From positions 1 through 64,000 of the forward strand of contig CAWCXJ010000004.1 in assembly GCA_963799485.1 (NCBI GenBank): a stretch of 64,000 nt of DNA. Direction: 5' to 3'. Source of the DNA: an uncultured Trueperaceae bacterium. GTDB lineage: Bacteria > Deinococcota > Deinococci > Deinococcales > Trueperaceae. Shown here in pieces: positions 32,263 to 42,460 of the stretch. A model generated the notes under the pieces. That model saw nothing but the letters and a program-made list of their open reading frames with translations. It had not been told where the DNA came from and did no database searches. Numbering within the stretch: the first letter of the stretch is position 1; each line of letters begins with the position of its first letter. Position numbers and translations under genes: made by a program.

Positions 32263-33210
32263 CTAGCGAATCCCCTCAGCGCTCAGCGCGATGACCTGCT
32301 CGGCATTTTCCGGCGTTACAAAACCGGGGCCGGTCAAGATGATGGGGTCAGCAGGCAGGAGACCGTACTGAATATAGTTCGTTAGAAACACAATCGGCAG
32401 GTAGCCTTGCAAGTATTGCTGCTGGTCGATGGCAAAGGTGATTTCATTGTCGACCAAAGCCTGCAAGATAGTCGGTGAGAGGTCGAAAATCCCGACTTGC
32501 ACATTGCCGAGCTGTCCACCTTCGCGGAGCGCTTCGATGGTGGGTTCACCGCCTAGCGGCCCGACCGCCAATACGCCGCCGACGTCAGGGTTTTGCGTAA
32601 ACGCCGCTGAAACCGCGTTACGAACTTCCGTAGGATCGCTTGAAACTGAGAGCACGTTGACCGTAGCACTGTCGCCGAGACCGTCTTGAAAGCCGTTGCA
32701 ACGCTGGTCGAGGCCGATGTTGCCGACTTCGTGATTGACGCAAACGCCGCTGGTGACACCTGCTTCAGCCATCCGCTCGCCTGCGCCCAAACCCGCTTCG
32801 TACTCGGTCTGCCCGATGTGCCGCAGCACGCCCAAGTCTTCAAAAGAATCCGAACCCGAGTTCATCGACATCACCGGAATCCCGGCGTCTACAGCGGCGC
32901 GAATCGAATCGCCCAAAGCGTCGGCGTCGGGGATGGAGACGACTAAGCCGTCGGGTTGTGAAGCGACCGCCGCGTCGATAAGTTGCGCCATCCGGGGCAT
33001 GTCGAAGGTTTCCGGGGCGCGGTACTCGACCTGAATCCCCATGTCTTCGGCGGCCTGATTGACGCCGTTACTGGCAACCGACCAGAACGGGTCGGCGGCG
33101 CTGCCGTGCGTAACAACGACGATGCGGATGTCTTGGCGTGGTTTGACATCTTGTGCGAAAGTGAAAGCAAAACCAGCGAGAAGTAATAGAGAAACAGCCA
33201 AACGCTTCAT
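32263..33210 (-). CDS. Sugar (inositol) ABC substrate-binding protein
   Basis: Signal peptide; [26 protein letters not shown]. Confidence 0.9.
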   Translation of the reverse strand: MKRLAVSLLLLAGFAFTFAQDVKPRQDIRIVVVTHGSAADPFWSVASNGVNQAAEDMGIQVEYRAPETFDMPRMAQLIDAAVASQPDGLVVSIPDADALGDSIRAAVDAGIPVMSMNSGSDSFEDLGVLRHIGQTEYEAGLGAGERMAEAGVTSGVCVNHEVGNIGLDQRCNGFQDGLGDSATVNVLSVSSDPTEVRNAVSAAFTQNPDVGGVLAVGPLGGEPTIEALREGGQLGNVQVGIFDLSPTILQALVDNEITFAIDQQQYLQGYLPIVFLTNYIQYGLLPADPIILTGPGFVTPENAEQVIALSAEGIR

Positions 33211-33322
33211 AAACAGGCTCCTTTGGGGCGTACGCTTTGTCCCATTTTTAACCTTAGCTAACGCTGGCGACCGGGAAGTGCGACTACGCCGATGACGATA
33301 TAGCAAACAGTGTGTCGAGAAA

Positions 33323-33379
33323 ACTATACGGTCTGGTTTGCCGTGTGTCAACGGTGCTGCCGAGGTAAGGCGCGTTACC
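33323..33379 (-). promoter_or_regulatory. Inositol operon promoter and candidate operator
   Basis: TTGACA-17-TATAGT on the minus strand; near-palindrome GGTAAGGCGCGTTACC at 33364-33379. Confidence 0.65.
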
Positions 33380-33632
33380 GCCAAACCCTGACAGCGAGAC
33401 GAAATCCGCTCCGGTCGCCTTGGCTACCGAACGCACCACCCGGTCAAACAAATTCAGGTCGGGTCGCCTACGTTTAGCTTTACGCTAGAAGCCGTCCTCG
33501 CCTGTTTGACCGGTGGCACATAAAGGGCGTGTAAAGCATTAAAAACCTGAAGTATCACCCGACCCGGCGTTTACGAGCGTAGTCGCGGTGTTTATCGCGG
33601 AGTTGTCCGGTGCTGTCCGTACCGTAAAAACC

Positions 33633-33644
33633 TGACACCTGTCA
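33633..33644. promoter_or_regulatory. Palindrome TGACA-CC-TGTCA, candidate NarL/DesR-type site
   Basis: Perfect inverted repeat about 70 nt upstream of the ABC operon linked to a DesK/DesR-like pair. Confidence 0.5.
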
Positions 33645-33710
33645 CCCTCCAAGGCTGACGCTTTGCACTAACCTCCGGTCTTTAAGAAGCGCACAGTACG
33701 CTTTAGGAGG

Positions 33711-34667
33711 TTGACTGTGGTCGTTTCGATACCGAAAAAAGCTATCGGGCCGGGAAGTACAACGGTCGCGGAAACTGCCCTGCTTAAAGTCTGCAAAAGC
33801 TACGGCAACGTTCCGGCTCTGGCGGACGTATCTTTAACGCTGCGCGCCGGCGAAGTACTGGCGCTGTTAGGGCCGAACGGAGCGGGAAAGACGACGGCGC
33901 TCAGTCTGCTGCTGGGGTTGTTACGTCCGGACAGAGGTGAGGTTCAGCTCTTCGGCAGGCCGCCGCAAGAAGCTGCGAGCCGTGAACGCGTCGGGGTGAT
34001 GTTGCAGCTCTCCGGCGTTCCGGAAACGCTGAGCGTCGCGGAGCACCTGGCGCTGTTCGCAGCTTACTATCGGCACCCCCTGCCACGGGGTGAGGTGCTG
34101 GAGCGCACCGGGCTGCTGGGCCTCGAGCACCGTTTGTACGGCAAGCTCTCGGGCGGGCAGAAGGGGAGGCTGCATCTAGCACTGGCGCTTGTCGGCAACC
34201 CCGCGCTGCTGGTTCTCGACGAACCGACGACCGGGCTCGACGTGGCCTCGCGGCGTGCACTCTGGGAGAGCGTGCGGGAGGCTGCCGCCGAGGGTAAAAC
34301 AGTTTTGTTGACGACCCACAACCTGGAGGAAGCCGACGCCCTGGCTGACCGCATCGTAGTGTTAAACGGTGGGCGCGTGGTTGCCGAAGGAACGCCCGCC
34401 GCCATCAAGCAGCAGGTCGCCGGGCAGCGGGTGCGTTGTAAAACGGTAGTGCCGTTAAAAACCGTGCGGGCGTTGCCGGGGGTGCAGCGGGCACGGCAAG
34501 GCGGTGCGCTGACCGAATTGTGGGCGACCAAGCCCGAGCCGGTCGTGCGCTTTTTGCTAGACCACGATCCGGCGCTTTCCGGCCTCGAGGTTTCCGGGGT
34601 AGGGCTCGAGGAGGCATTTCTAGCCCTGACACGAAAAGTAGAACACGAAGATGAGGTGCAGGCGTGA
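33711..34667 (+). CDS. ABC-2 exporter ATP-binding protein
   Basis: GPNGAGKTT, LSGGQ, LDEPTTGLD. Confidence 0.95.
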   Translation: MTVVVSIPKKAIGPGSTTVAETALLKVCKSYGNVPALADVSLTLRAGEVLALLGPNGAGKTTALSLLLGLLRPDRGEVQLFGRPPQEAASRERVGVMLQLSGVPETLSVAEHLALFAAYYRHPLPRGEVLERTGLLGLEHRLYGKLSGGQKGRLHLALALVGNPALLVLDEPTTGLDVASRRALWESVREAAAEGKTVLLTTHNLEEADALADRIVVLNGGRVVAEGTPAAIKQQVAGQRVRCKTVVPLKTVRALPGVQRARQGGALTELWATKPEPVVRFLLDHDPALSGLEVSGVGLEEAFLALTRKVEHEDEVQA

Positions 34668-35428
34668 CTCATACAGCGCGTATTTATCTGCTCGAGGCCA
34701 AAACAGAGATTATCAAAGTGTGGCGTTTGCCGGTCTACTCGGTCTTTACGCTCGCTTTTCCGCTGATGTTTTACCTTATCTTCGGCCTGACCTTCGGCGG
34801 CGAGTCGGCGGGGCCGGTCAATGTCGCGGCCTATATGCTCGCAACCTATGGTGCATTTGGCGTTATCGGCGCGTCACTGTTCGGTTTCGGCGTCGGGCTG
34901 GCGTCCGAACGGGGGCAGGGCTGGTTACGTCTCAAACGCGCCTCACCGATGCCGCCGGGAGCCTACTTTACGGCCAAAATCGTGATGGCTTTGGTTTTTA
35001 GCCTGCTCGTGGTGCTGGGGCTTTTCCTGCTGGGCTTCTTCCTTTTCGGGGTGCGCCTGCCCGCCTTGACCTGGACTTCTCTACTCGGCACATTGCTACT
35101 GGGCGCGTTGCCTTTTTGTGCGCTGGGGATGGCGCTCGGCTACTTGGTCGGCCCGAACTCGGCGGCGGCAGTCGTCAACCTCGTGTATCTGCCGCTGGCG
35201 TTTGCCTCGGGGCTGTGGATTCCCGTAGAACAGTTGCCGGGGTTTATGCAGCGTTTGGCCCCTTTTCTACCGCCGTACCACTACGCGCAGCTCGCCTTAG
35301 GGACGATGGGCGCGGGCCGAGGCGGGGCAGCGTGGCTTCACGTTGCCGTCTTGCTCGGTTTTACGGCGCTGTTTCTGATGGTCGCAGGGTGGGCCTACCG
35401 GCGTGACGAAGGAAAAACCTACGGTTGA
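34664..35428 (+). CDS. ABC-2 exporter permease
   Basis: About 6 TM segments; ERGQGWLRLKRASP, FASGLWIP. Confidence 0.92.
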   Translation: MTHTARIYLLEAKTEIIKVWRLPVYSVFTLAFPLMFYLIFGLTFGGESAGPVNVAAYMLATYGAFGVIGASLFGFGVGLASERGQGWLRLKRASPMPPGAYFTAKIVMALVFSLLVVLGLFLLGFFLFGVRLPALTWTSLLGTLLLGALPFCALGMALGYLVGPNSAAAVVNLVYLPLAFASGLWIPVEQLPGFMQRLAPFLPPYHYAQLALGTMGAGRGGAAWLHVAVLLGFTALFLMVAGWAYRRDEGKTYG

Positions 35429-35481
35429 GTCCATTTCATTCTGAAAGTATCCCAACACATTTAATTACTGGAGGCAAAGCC

Positions 35482-35713
35482 GTAAACTCCCCAACCGAAA
35501 ACATCGGAGCCCGCACCGGCAGCTTTGCAGGCTACCTTCGCAGCAGTTTGATCGCGGCAGTTGTCGCCCTGGTCATCTACCTAGTGATTTTCGCGCTTAC
35601 CACCGGAGGACTCGGCCTCGTCACAGGGCTTGTAATTGCAGGTTTTACCTTCCTCATCACCTTATATCATTAGTGCGGTTATCGGCGCAACAGTAAGGCG
35701 ACGCAGGCGCTAA
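35482..35713 (+). pseudogene. Small 2-TM protein, degraded
   Basis: SD GGAGG followed by GTA instead of a start codon; frameshift near 35663 restores YIISAVIGATVRRRRR*. Confidence 0.4.
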
Positions 35714-35810
35714 GAGATGGAGGACATGAAAAAAGCTGAATCCAAGAGGTTTATGACCTTGACCAACGCCTCTCTCATTCAGCCTCTGCCAAAGCTGCTG
35801 GACAGAACTA

Positions 35811-36206
35811 CTAGGCTCGCCTCGCGCCTGCCCGCCGCGTTCCGGCAAGCGCCGAGACAGCCAAGATAAATACCAGTGCGCCGACGATCCAGGCATTCCA
35901 AGCTGCCGGGAGGGTGAGATAACCGAGTACCCACGGCGCGATAAAAAGCCCCGCACCTAACAAGGCGTTGCTCCACTCTGCGATGCTGGAAGCGGGCATC
36001 GCCAGCGCCCAGATTGCTACTAAAAAGATGAGGGCACCTACCCACCAAGCGTCGGTATTATAGATACCGCTGCTTCGCAGTACCCAGGGAGAGACAAATA
36101 GCCACGCCCCTAGGAGCAGGTTAAGCCAATCTTGCCAGCGCGGTTGGTGGCGCGGGATATCTGAGGTATCCGACGTTACCGCGACTCTGTTTGACTCGTT
36201 ACTCAT
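35811..36206 (-). CDS. SPW repeat membrane protein
   Basis: LLLGAWLFVSPWVL and LLGAGLFIAPWVLG repeats. Confidence 0.85.
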   Translation of the reverse strand: MSNESNRVAVTSDTSDIPRHQPRWQDWLNLLLGAWLFVSPWVLRSSGIYNTDAWWVGALIFLVAIWALAMPASSIAEWSNALLGAGLFIAPWVLGYLTLPAAWNAWIVGALVFILAVSALAGTRRAGARRA

Positions 36207-36793
36207 AATTGTTTTCCTTTCGTGTAGAGAGTGACGCCGCTACGTCAGCGTCTCTAGCAAGAGAGCGTTTATGTTTGAATTATCCGGCAAACAGTACGTC
36301 AAACAGCTTTGACCCCCCTGGATCGACTCGAGCTTATTCACTGTGGGCTCCCGCCTCAAACTGGCCCCACAAACTGTTGCAGCTCTGCTAGAGCTAGGCC
36401 ACAGTTTGCTCCAAACCGTGACCATTTTATGTAACCTTTGCTTCAGTAAACAGGTTCAACATTTAACCGGAGACTTACAAAGTTGTTCAGGTAGCAGTAC
36501 TGAACCGTCAAACCGTATACATCGGTATGGGAGGTTTGGCATGACCACAGCGGAAAATTTGGACTGCACGGCGGTATTGGGCCGTGTAGATATAAGCAGC
36601 GCAGGTTTGGCGGTCGCTAGCACTAACACCGGCATCTTCGGCCCGGTTGAGGTTGACCTGTGTGCGGCTGAGCTGGTCGGACTCGAGCGGTCCTAAAGGT
36701 ACTGTAGGAGGTACTGTGACGCAGCCCCACCGAGCCGAACGGCTGAAAATAGCGTACGGTGTAAAATCCGGCCTTCAAGCTGCACAATAACTT

Positions 36794-37918
36794 ATGACCA
36801 CTGAGCGCATACCGAAAAAGCTGGGCCGGGAGCCTTATATCTACCTGGTCTATCTGAGCTTTCTCTTTTTTCAACCGCTTTACGAACCCGGGAACGCGCT
36901 GGACTGGGCACTTATCGCGCTTATCATCGCGCTATTTTTGCCCGTATATTTTTGGACGTGGCGAGCGCCTGGTAAACGCGCTCTCTGGGGCGTTGCGGGG
37001 ATGGCGCTCCTCGGCGGTTTATTTACGCCGCTTAACTCAGGGGCGAGCGGCCTCTATATCTACGCGGCGGCGGCGGCAGCTTTTACGGGGCCGCCGCGCT
37101 TTGCGGCGCGGGTCGTCGGCGGGATTTTTGCACTCGGACTGCTGAGCGCCGCACTTTCGGGGATCCCGTGGCCTTACTGGTTGGCAGCTTTTGCGCCTGC
37201 ACTGATTTTCGTCCCGATTATCGGCGGCGTCAACATCTTTCAGGCCGAAAAAGCACGGGCTAACGCAAAATTGCGTCTGGCACACGACGAAATCGAACGC
37301 CTCGCCAAAGTCGCCGAACGTGAACGCATCGCCCGCGATCTGCACGACCTCTTGGGGCATACGCTCTCGAGCATCACCTTAAAAAGCGAGCTGGCCTCGC
37401 GGCTGGCTCCGGTCGATCCGGTGCGGGCCGAACGCGAGATGCGCGAGGTGGCGCAGGTCTCGCGGGGAGCGCTTAAAGAAGTGCGCGAAGCGGTGAGCGG
37501 CTACCGGGCGCGCAATTTAGCAGGTGAGCTGACCCACGCGCGTAAGCTGTTGGCGGCTACCGGGGTACGGCTGGAATACTTTGCCGAACCGCTGAACTTG
37601 CCGCCCGTGCAAGCAAGCACGCTGGCTCTGGCGCTGCGCGAAGCCGTCACGAACGTCGTGCGGCACGCCCACGCGTCGGTGTGTACGGTGCGGCTTTTGC
37701 AGGTTGGGGACGAGCTGCGGCTCGAGGTCATCGATAACGGTCTCGGCAAATGTGCGCCTGACGGGGCAGGGCTTTCGGGGATGGGCGAACGCGCAGGCTT
37801 GCTCGGCGGTCGGCTCGAGGTTAAAGGCAGTGCCACGGGGACACAACTCCGGTTGACGTTGCCGCGCGGGCATACAGTGAACACGGTGCCCGAAATTCTG
37901 GAACCTCCAATCGCATGA
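36794..37918 (+). CDS. DesK-like sensor histidine kinase (HisKA_3)
   Basis: Multi-TM; ERERIARDLHDLLGHTLS, REAVTNVVRH, DNGLG. Confidence 0.93.
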   Translation: MTTERIPKKLGREPYIYLVYLSFLFFQPLYEPGNALDWALIALIIALFLPVYFWTWRAPGKRALWGVAGMALLGGLFTPLNSGASGLYIYAAAAAAFTGPPRFAARVVGGIFALGLLSAALSGIPWPYWLAAFAPALIFVPIIGGVNIFQAEKARANAKLRLAHDEIERLAKVAERERIARDLHDLLGHTLSSITLKSELASRLAPVDPVRAEREMREVAQVSRGALKEVREAVSGYRARNLAGELTHARKLLAATGVRLEYFAEPLNLPPVQASTLALALREAVTNVVRHAHASVCTVRLLQVGDELRLEVIDNGLGKCAPDGAGLSGMGERAGLLGGRLEVKGSATGTQLRLTLPRGHTVNTVPEILEPPIA

Positions 37919-38517
37919 TTCGTATCGTCATCGCCGAAGATCAGGGGATGGTGTTGGGCGCGCTGGCGGCGCTGCTCGCGCTCGAGGGCGACCTCTCGGT
38001 CGTGGCTCAAGCGCCTGACGGGGCTGAAGCCTTGGCGCTTGTCCAAGAAACCAAACCCGACGTGCTTTTGACCGATATCGAAATGCCCAAGGTGACGGGG
38101 CTCGAGCTGGCTGCTGCGGTGCGCCGCGAGTGTCCCCGAACGCGCGTTATCATCCTGACGACCTTTGCCCGTGCGGGCTACCTGCGCCGCGCGCTCGCTG
38201 CGGGCGCGGCAGGTTATTTGCTTAAAGACGCGCCTGCGACTGAGCTGGCGGCGGCGGTGCGACGTGTCCACAGTGGCGGCCGCGCCATCGACCCGGAACT
38301 CGCCGCCGAAGCGTGGGGCGAACCCGACCCTTTGACCGAACGTGAGCGGGCGTGTTTGCGGCTAGCGGGGCAGGGGCAGACCGGACCCGAAATTGCCCAA
38401 ACGCTCGGGTTATCAGTCGGGACGGTGCGTAACTACCTCTCTGAAGCCATCGGCAAACTCGGGGCCGGAAACCGGATTGAAGCGGCAAGGTTGGCGCGTG
38501 AGAAGGGCTGGCTCTAG
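37915..38517 (+). CDS. DesR-like NarL/LuxR response regulator
   Basis: IAEDQGMVLGAL, DIEMP, GTVRNYLSEAIGKL. Confidence 0.93.
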   Translation: MIRIVIAEDQGMVLGALAALLALEGDLSVVAQAPDGAEALALVQETKPDVLLTDIEMPKVTGLELAAAVRRECPRTRVIILTTFARAGYLRRALAAGAAGYLLKDAPATELAAAVRRVHSGGRAIDPELAAEAWGEPDPLTERERACLRLAGQGQTGPEIAQTLGLSVGTVRNYLSEAIGKLGAGNRIEAARLAREKGWL

Positions 38518-38698
38518 GTTGCGGCGATTTAAGTTATCCAGGATTTTGTTACGGTGGACGGGAGCCGTAAAAAGTAAGGGGCAAGCACCGGAAAGGGTTC
38601 GGAACCTGCGCGTTTAGCCTGTTGGGTGTGAGGTCAAAAGCGCTGCTTGAATTGACCGGCCTCCTGACGAGAGTTGTCTGTTGCTATTTATGCTGCAC

Positions 38699-39810
38699 TA
38701 AGTATCTCCATACTATGACTGCGAGATAGCTTTAGCGCCGAGGAGTTGAAGGGCAGCCAGCACAGCGTCCAGGAGTTGTTGTCTAGAGTTGTAGCAGCGC
38801 CTGGGCAGGAGAAAGCCTTTGAGCTTTTTCCAAACGGTCTCAATGAGGTTGAACCGAGGCGAGTAAGAGGGCTGAAACCACAGGGTAAGCCCTTGAGCTG
38901 CCCAGGCATCCTGTTCGTCTTTAATGAGATTCGCCCGGTGAAAGCCCGCGTTGTCGAGAATGACGACTGTTTCTGGGGCTAGACGCTCTGCTTCTTGCGC
39001 CAACGTTTCCAGGTACGTTTTGACATGGATTGCGTAGCAACGTTCTTCAAGCACTTGGTACGCGAGCTGCTCAGTACCTCGGGTACAGGACAAAGTGCCG
39101 ATGAGGTTGATGCGACCCGCCGCCCCCCAGTGCCTGGGAACGTTTAGGGGCTTGCCTTTGGGACGCCAACCATAACTCAAAGGCAAAGACCGGCTAAAAC
39201 CCACCTCGTCCAGGTATTTCAGGAGGATGTCACCTTGCAGGCGGATGCCATGCGCTCCTTGAAGGGCTCTTTTTTTAAGCTGTCGAACTCGGCTTGTTTA
39301 GCCGCTAGAACCTCAGCTTCAGGCTGTTTGACAGGCACGTAGCGGTGGCGTTGCCAGCTGTAGCCCATTGCGTGCAAGCACACCCGCATACTTTCGCGGT
39401 TGACTTTCGCGGTTGACTTTCGCGGTTGACTTTGAGCTTGAACGCTTCGTTCACCGCTTCAGCTAACTGTGAGGCCGTCCAACTGCGCTCCTCACTGAGC
39501 TTTTTCGTTAAGAAGCTTTTGCTCGCCTAGAGGACTCCGCTGACCGCTGCCCACCCCCTCAGTTAGGCCCTCGACCCCGCTTTGCTCCCAGCGGTTGAAG
39601 TCGCGCAACACGCTACTCACGTCCCGTGTAGCTCGCTATTTCTTCAGCTTTCAGCCCACGGTGCGACAAACGCAAAATTCTTGCTCGTAAACGTACTTTC
39701 TCGCGCAGTCCCGACTGATGCTCAATCTCACGCAACTGCTTGTCTTCTTCCTCGCTCAGCTTGATGTACCTCGCACTTGGCATCTGGCAAGCTTACTATG
39801 GAAACACTTA
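38699..39810 (-). mobile_element. IS630 family element, decayed
   Basis: TIRs CTAAGTATCTCCATA and TATGGAAACACTTAG (13/15) with TA duplication; KYLDEVGF, LDNAGFH, PSYSPRFNLIETVW; A7G slippery site near 39269-39276; N-terminal ORF from 39783 has stops. Confidence 0.9.
39391..39433. repeat. 13-bp tandem repeat x3 inside the transposase
   Basis: CTTTCGCGGTTGA repeated three times. Confidence 0.9.
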
Positions 39811-40041
39811 GAACGTGGAGGCGGGGCGGAAGACGAGTTCCTCGAGCAAATCCGGAACGACCAGCACGCGTAAAACGAGAGGTGGTGTAAAAATGGGGGG
39901 CGCAGCAGCACCCCGCCCGCTAGACCCAAGCCCAGCGCCAGTGTTGAGCCATGCTGAAAAAACGAGCGCGACGGTGAGCGTCTCGAGCCAGCCCCTTACG
40001 CCCGGAAGGATGAGTAGCGACGCGAAAATACGCGCCCTCAA
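39808..40041 (-). pseudogene. CPBP (CAAX protease-like) fragment ending at the IS
   Basis: LVVPDLLEELVFR glutamate motif; frame stops at the IS end. Confidence 0.5.
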
Positions 40042-41207
40042 GCCTTGGCTTGCCGCCGCAAAGGTTGCGCCGCCCCGTAGGTCAAACTGCGCCACACCCA
40101 CTCAACCGGGCCGAAACGAAAACGCGACAGCCACCAGCGGCTAAAAAGCACCTGTAAGGTAAAGATAACGGGCACCAGCACGAGCGCCACGCCTAAGCCC
40201 AGTTCATTGAAATAGCCGAGTCCGTAGGCGTTAAAAATCAGCGTGCCGACGACCGACTGGGTGAGGTAGTTCGTCAGCGCCATTCGTCCGGCGAAACCAA
40301 AAAACGACAGCCTTTGCTGCCACTCACGTTTCTCGAGCAACCGCGTCAAGAGTGCTAGATACACGAACATCAAGGCGGGGCCGCCGATGGCGAACGAGTA
40401 GCCGACCGCGAGCGGGTTATAGGCTCCCGTAAAAAACCAGTATGCGTACACGCCCTTAAAGACCAGCGCCACAGGCAGCGCCGTAATCAAGACGCCGTAC
40501 CACGTCCGGCGGTGGGGCCGCTCGAAAAGCCCGCGCCGCCCTGCCAGCAAACCGAGCAAAAAGAGCCACAACACGGTCGGTAAAAAGTTCGGCAGGTTGA
40601 GAATTTCGCGCCCGGCCAGCTGCAGTTGATACTGTACGACTCCCAGATACGTCCCGCGCTCAAATACCTGATTAAACGTGTTCAGATTAAGCCAAGACGC
40701 ACGTCCGGCAAAACCCAGACTAAAAGGTGTCAGATAGGCGAGCACGGAAAGGGCGAAAAAGGCGAGTGCAGCAGCGACCAGCACCCGACTTTTTTGAAAG
40801 GCGAAGAGCGTCAGCACAAAACCGCCGACTGCGTAGGTCAGCAAGATGTCGCCGTACCAGATAAGAACGGCGTGAACGAGGCCGATACCGAGCAGGACCG
40901 TCAGGCGGCGGCGAAAACGGGGCAAGGCGACCGGCCCGCGCCGGAGTTGCAAGGCTAGCCCCAAACCGAACAAAAACGAAAAGAGCGAGTAAAACGCACC
41001 CTGGGCGAACACGCGTACAAAGCCCTCGAGCCCCCGTTCAAAGGCGTTTTGGGCCGCCGTTACGCCGAAATAGCCGTACGCCCCGCTAAAAAAGAGCATG
41101 TTCACCAAAAAGATACCCAAAAGTGCAACCCCGCGCAAAATATCGATGGTGATGAGGCGGGCTTCGGGTGGTGTGGGCGCGTCGGTCGGAGCGGCAGTTT
41201 GTCTCAC
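40038..41207 (-). CDS. DUF418 membrane protein
   Basis: IDILRGVALLGI, WYGDIL, GRMALTNYLTQS, FGPVEWVWRSLTY. Confidence 0.9.
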   Translation of the reverse strand: MRQTAAPTDAPTPPEARLITIDILRGVALLGIFLVNMLFFSGAYGYFGVTAAQNAFERGLEGFVRVFAQGAFYSLFSFLFGLGLALQLRRGPVALPRFRRRLTVLLGIGLVHAVLIWYGDILLTYAVGGFVLTLFAFQKSRVLVAAALAFFALSVLAYLTPFSLGFAGRASWLNLNTFNQVFERGTYLGVVQYQLQLAGREILNLPNFLPTVLWLFLLGLLAGRRGLFERPHRRTWYGVLITALPVALVFKGVYAYWFFTGAYNPLAVGYSFAIGGPALMFVYLALLTRLLEKREWQQRLSFFGFAGRMALTNYLTQSVVGTLIFNAYGLGYFNELGLGVALVLVPVIFTLQVLFSRWWLSRFRFGPVEWVWRSLTYGAAQPLRRQAKA

Positions 41208-41238
41208 TCTGCTAGTGTATCCGGCGCAGATGTGTGCG

Positions 41239-41718
41239 TTATTGGCGGGTTACGCGTATGAGCTTTGAGCAAAACGGTTGCGGCGGGGTGAAATCTCGCT
41301 CGAAGAGTGTAAAAAGGGGCTCGAGCCTCAGTCTGTCGAACGCGTTGCTAAAGGCGTCTATATCGTCTTTTTCGTGAACAGCGACCAGCGCGCGGGTAAA
41401 AGTTTTGCGGTTTAGCCTTTCCAGTACCGCCGCGGTCAACGCGTGCGGCAAGTTGGACAAAATGATATCGACCGCGAGCGCTGCCAAAGCAGCCAGCGCG
41501 TCGCCCGAAATGACTTTTGCCTCCGGAAAACGGACACGTAAGCTTCTAGCGAGTTCCGCGTCGAGCTCGACCAGTGTCAGTGTACAAGGCGGCAGAACTC
41601 CGGCAACTGTACCGCCGCCGCTGCCCAGCTCGAGCACCCGGTCAGCCGGCCTTATCGCGGCAGCTGAGGCGAGTGCGCGCAGCTTTTCCGGGTTCGTTAA
41701 GAAGTGCTGTTCCATCAC
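41239..41718 (-). CDS. Short KsgA/Erm-like SAM-dependent methyltransferase
   Basis: QHFL, VLELGSGGG, VELD, GDAL, SNLPH; lacks C-terminal domain. Confidence 0.7.
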   Translation of the reverse strand: MMEQHFLTNPEKLRALASAAAIRPADRVLELGSGGGTVAGVLPPCTLTLVELDAELARSLRVRFPEAKVISGDALAALAALAVDIILSNLPHALTAAVLERLNRKTFTRALVAVHEKDDIDAFSNAFDRLRLEPLFTLFERDFTPPQPFCSKLIRVTRQ

Positions 41719-41779
41719 GCGCTAAAAAACGCGCCGACCTGAGCCGACGCGTCTTTGTAGTCAGGTTTTGCCGTAAAAT

Positions 41780-42271
41780 CTAGCGTTTGCCGAGAAACCG
41801 TTTGGCGGCGAACGCGGCCAGTCCGGCCATCGCCATTTTACCGCCCGTGCTGTTTAAGGGGCTGTTCGGGCCGAGCAAGCTCTCGATCAGATCGGGGTCT
41901 TGTTTCGACGCTTGCCGGGTCATCCGGCCCAGTTCGCGGGGTTTAGCAGCTTGATCCAGGTCTTGACCGTCGCGGTAGCCCTGAAAGCTGCGGCTGTCGT
42001 CGCGGTTTGCTTCTTGGTAACGGCGCGCCAGCTCGCGGCGTTCGTCGGGCGACATCTTGCTAAACGCCCGCTCGTATTCCGATTCGGCCTCGGGGTCGTT
42101 TGAATCGTCGAAGTCGCTGTCGTCTTGGTTCTGCATCATCTCGCGGTAACGGCGCGCAGCCTCCTCATCGGAAATCGAGTCCGGGTTTTCGCGGTAGCGG
42201 CGCTCGAAGTCGCGATAGTCTTGCTGGCGGCCTTCGTCTTGACCAAAAAAGTCGTTGAGTTTGTCGAACAC
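41780..42271 (-). CDS. Hypothetical hydrophilic protein
   Basis: 163-aa ORF, SD GGAGG, amphipathic C-terminal helix. Confidence 0.7.
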   Translation of the reverse strand: MFDKLNDFFGQDEGRQQDYRDFERRYRENPDSISDEEAARRYREMMQNQDDSDFDDSNDPEAESEYERAFSKMSPDERRELARRYQEANRDDSRSFQGYRDGQDLDQAAKPRELGRMTRQASKQDPDLIESLLGPNSPLNSTGGKMAMAGLAAFAAKRFLGKR

Positions 42272-42460
42272 AGTTAGCCTCCGTTTCGTTCAGAACACAG
42301 CCTAGCACCACGTTACATAGAACATTAGAGCGTGGCTCGCCATTGGAAGTTTGTACACATTTAGTCAATTCTATGCGTGTTCAGTCTCTCCGCTTGTCTA
42401 CAGGTCTACCTGCAAAAAGTGTGCTCAAAAGTTGAGTTGACAGCACTTAGTTGACAGCAC

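Noticed and set aside
33433..33519. CCGGTCAAACA inverted repeat as MITE ends
   Set aside because: Only 11 bp, no target duplication and no second copy in the window.
36343..36696. 117-aa ORF upstream of the DesK-like kinase
   Set aside because: No motifs or start signals; probably spurious.
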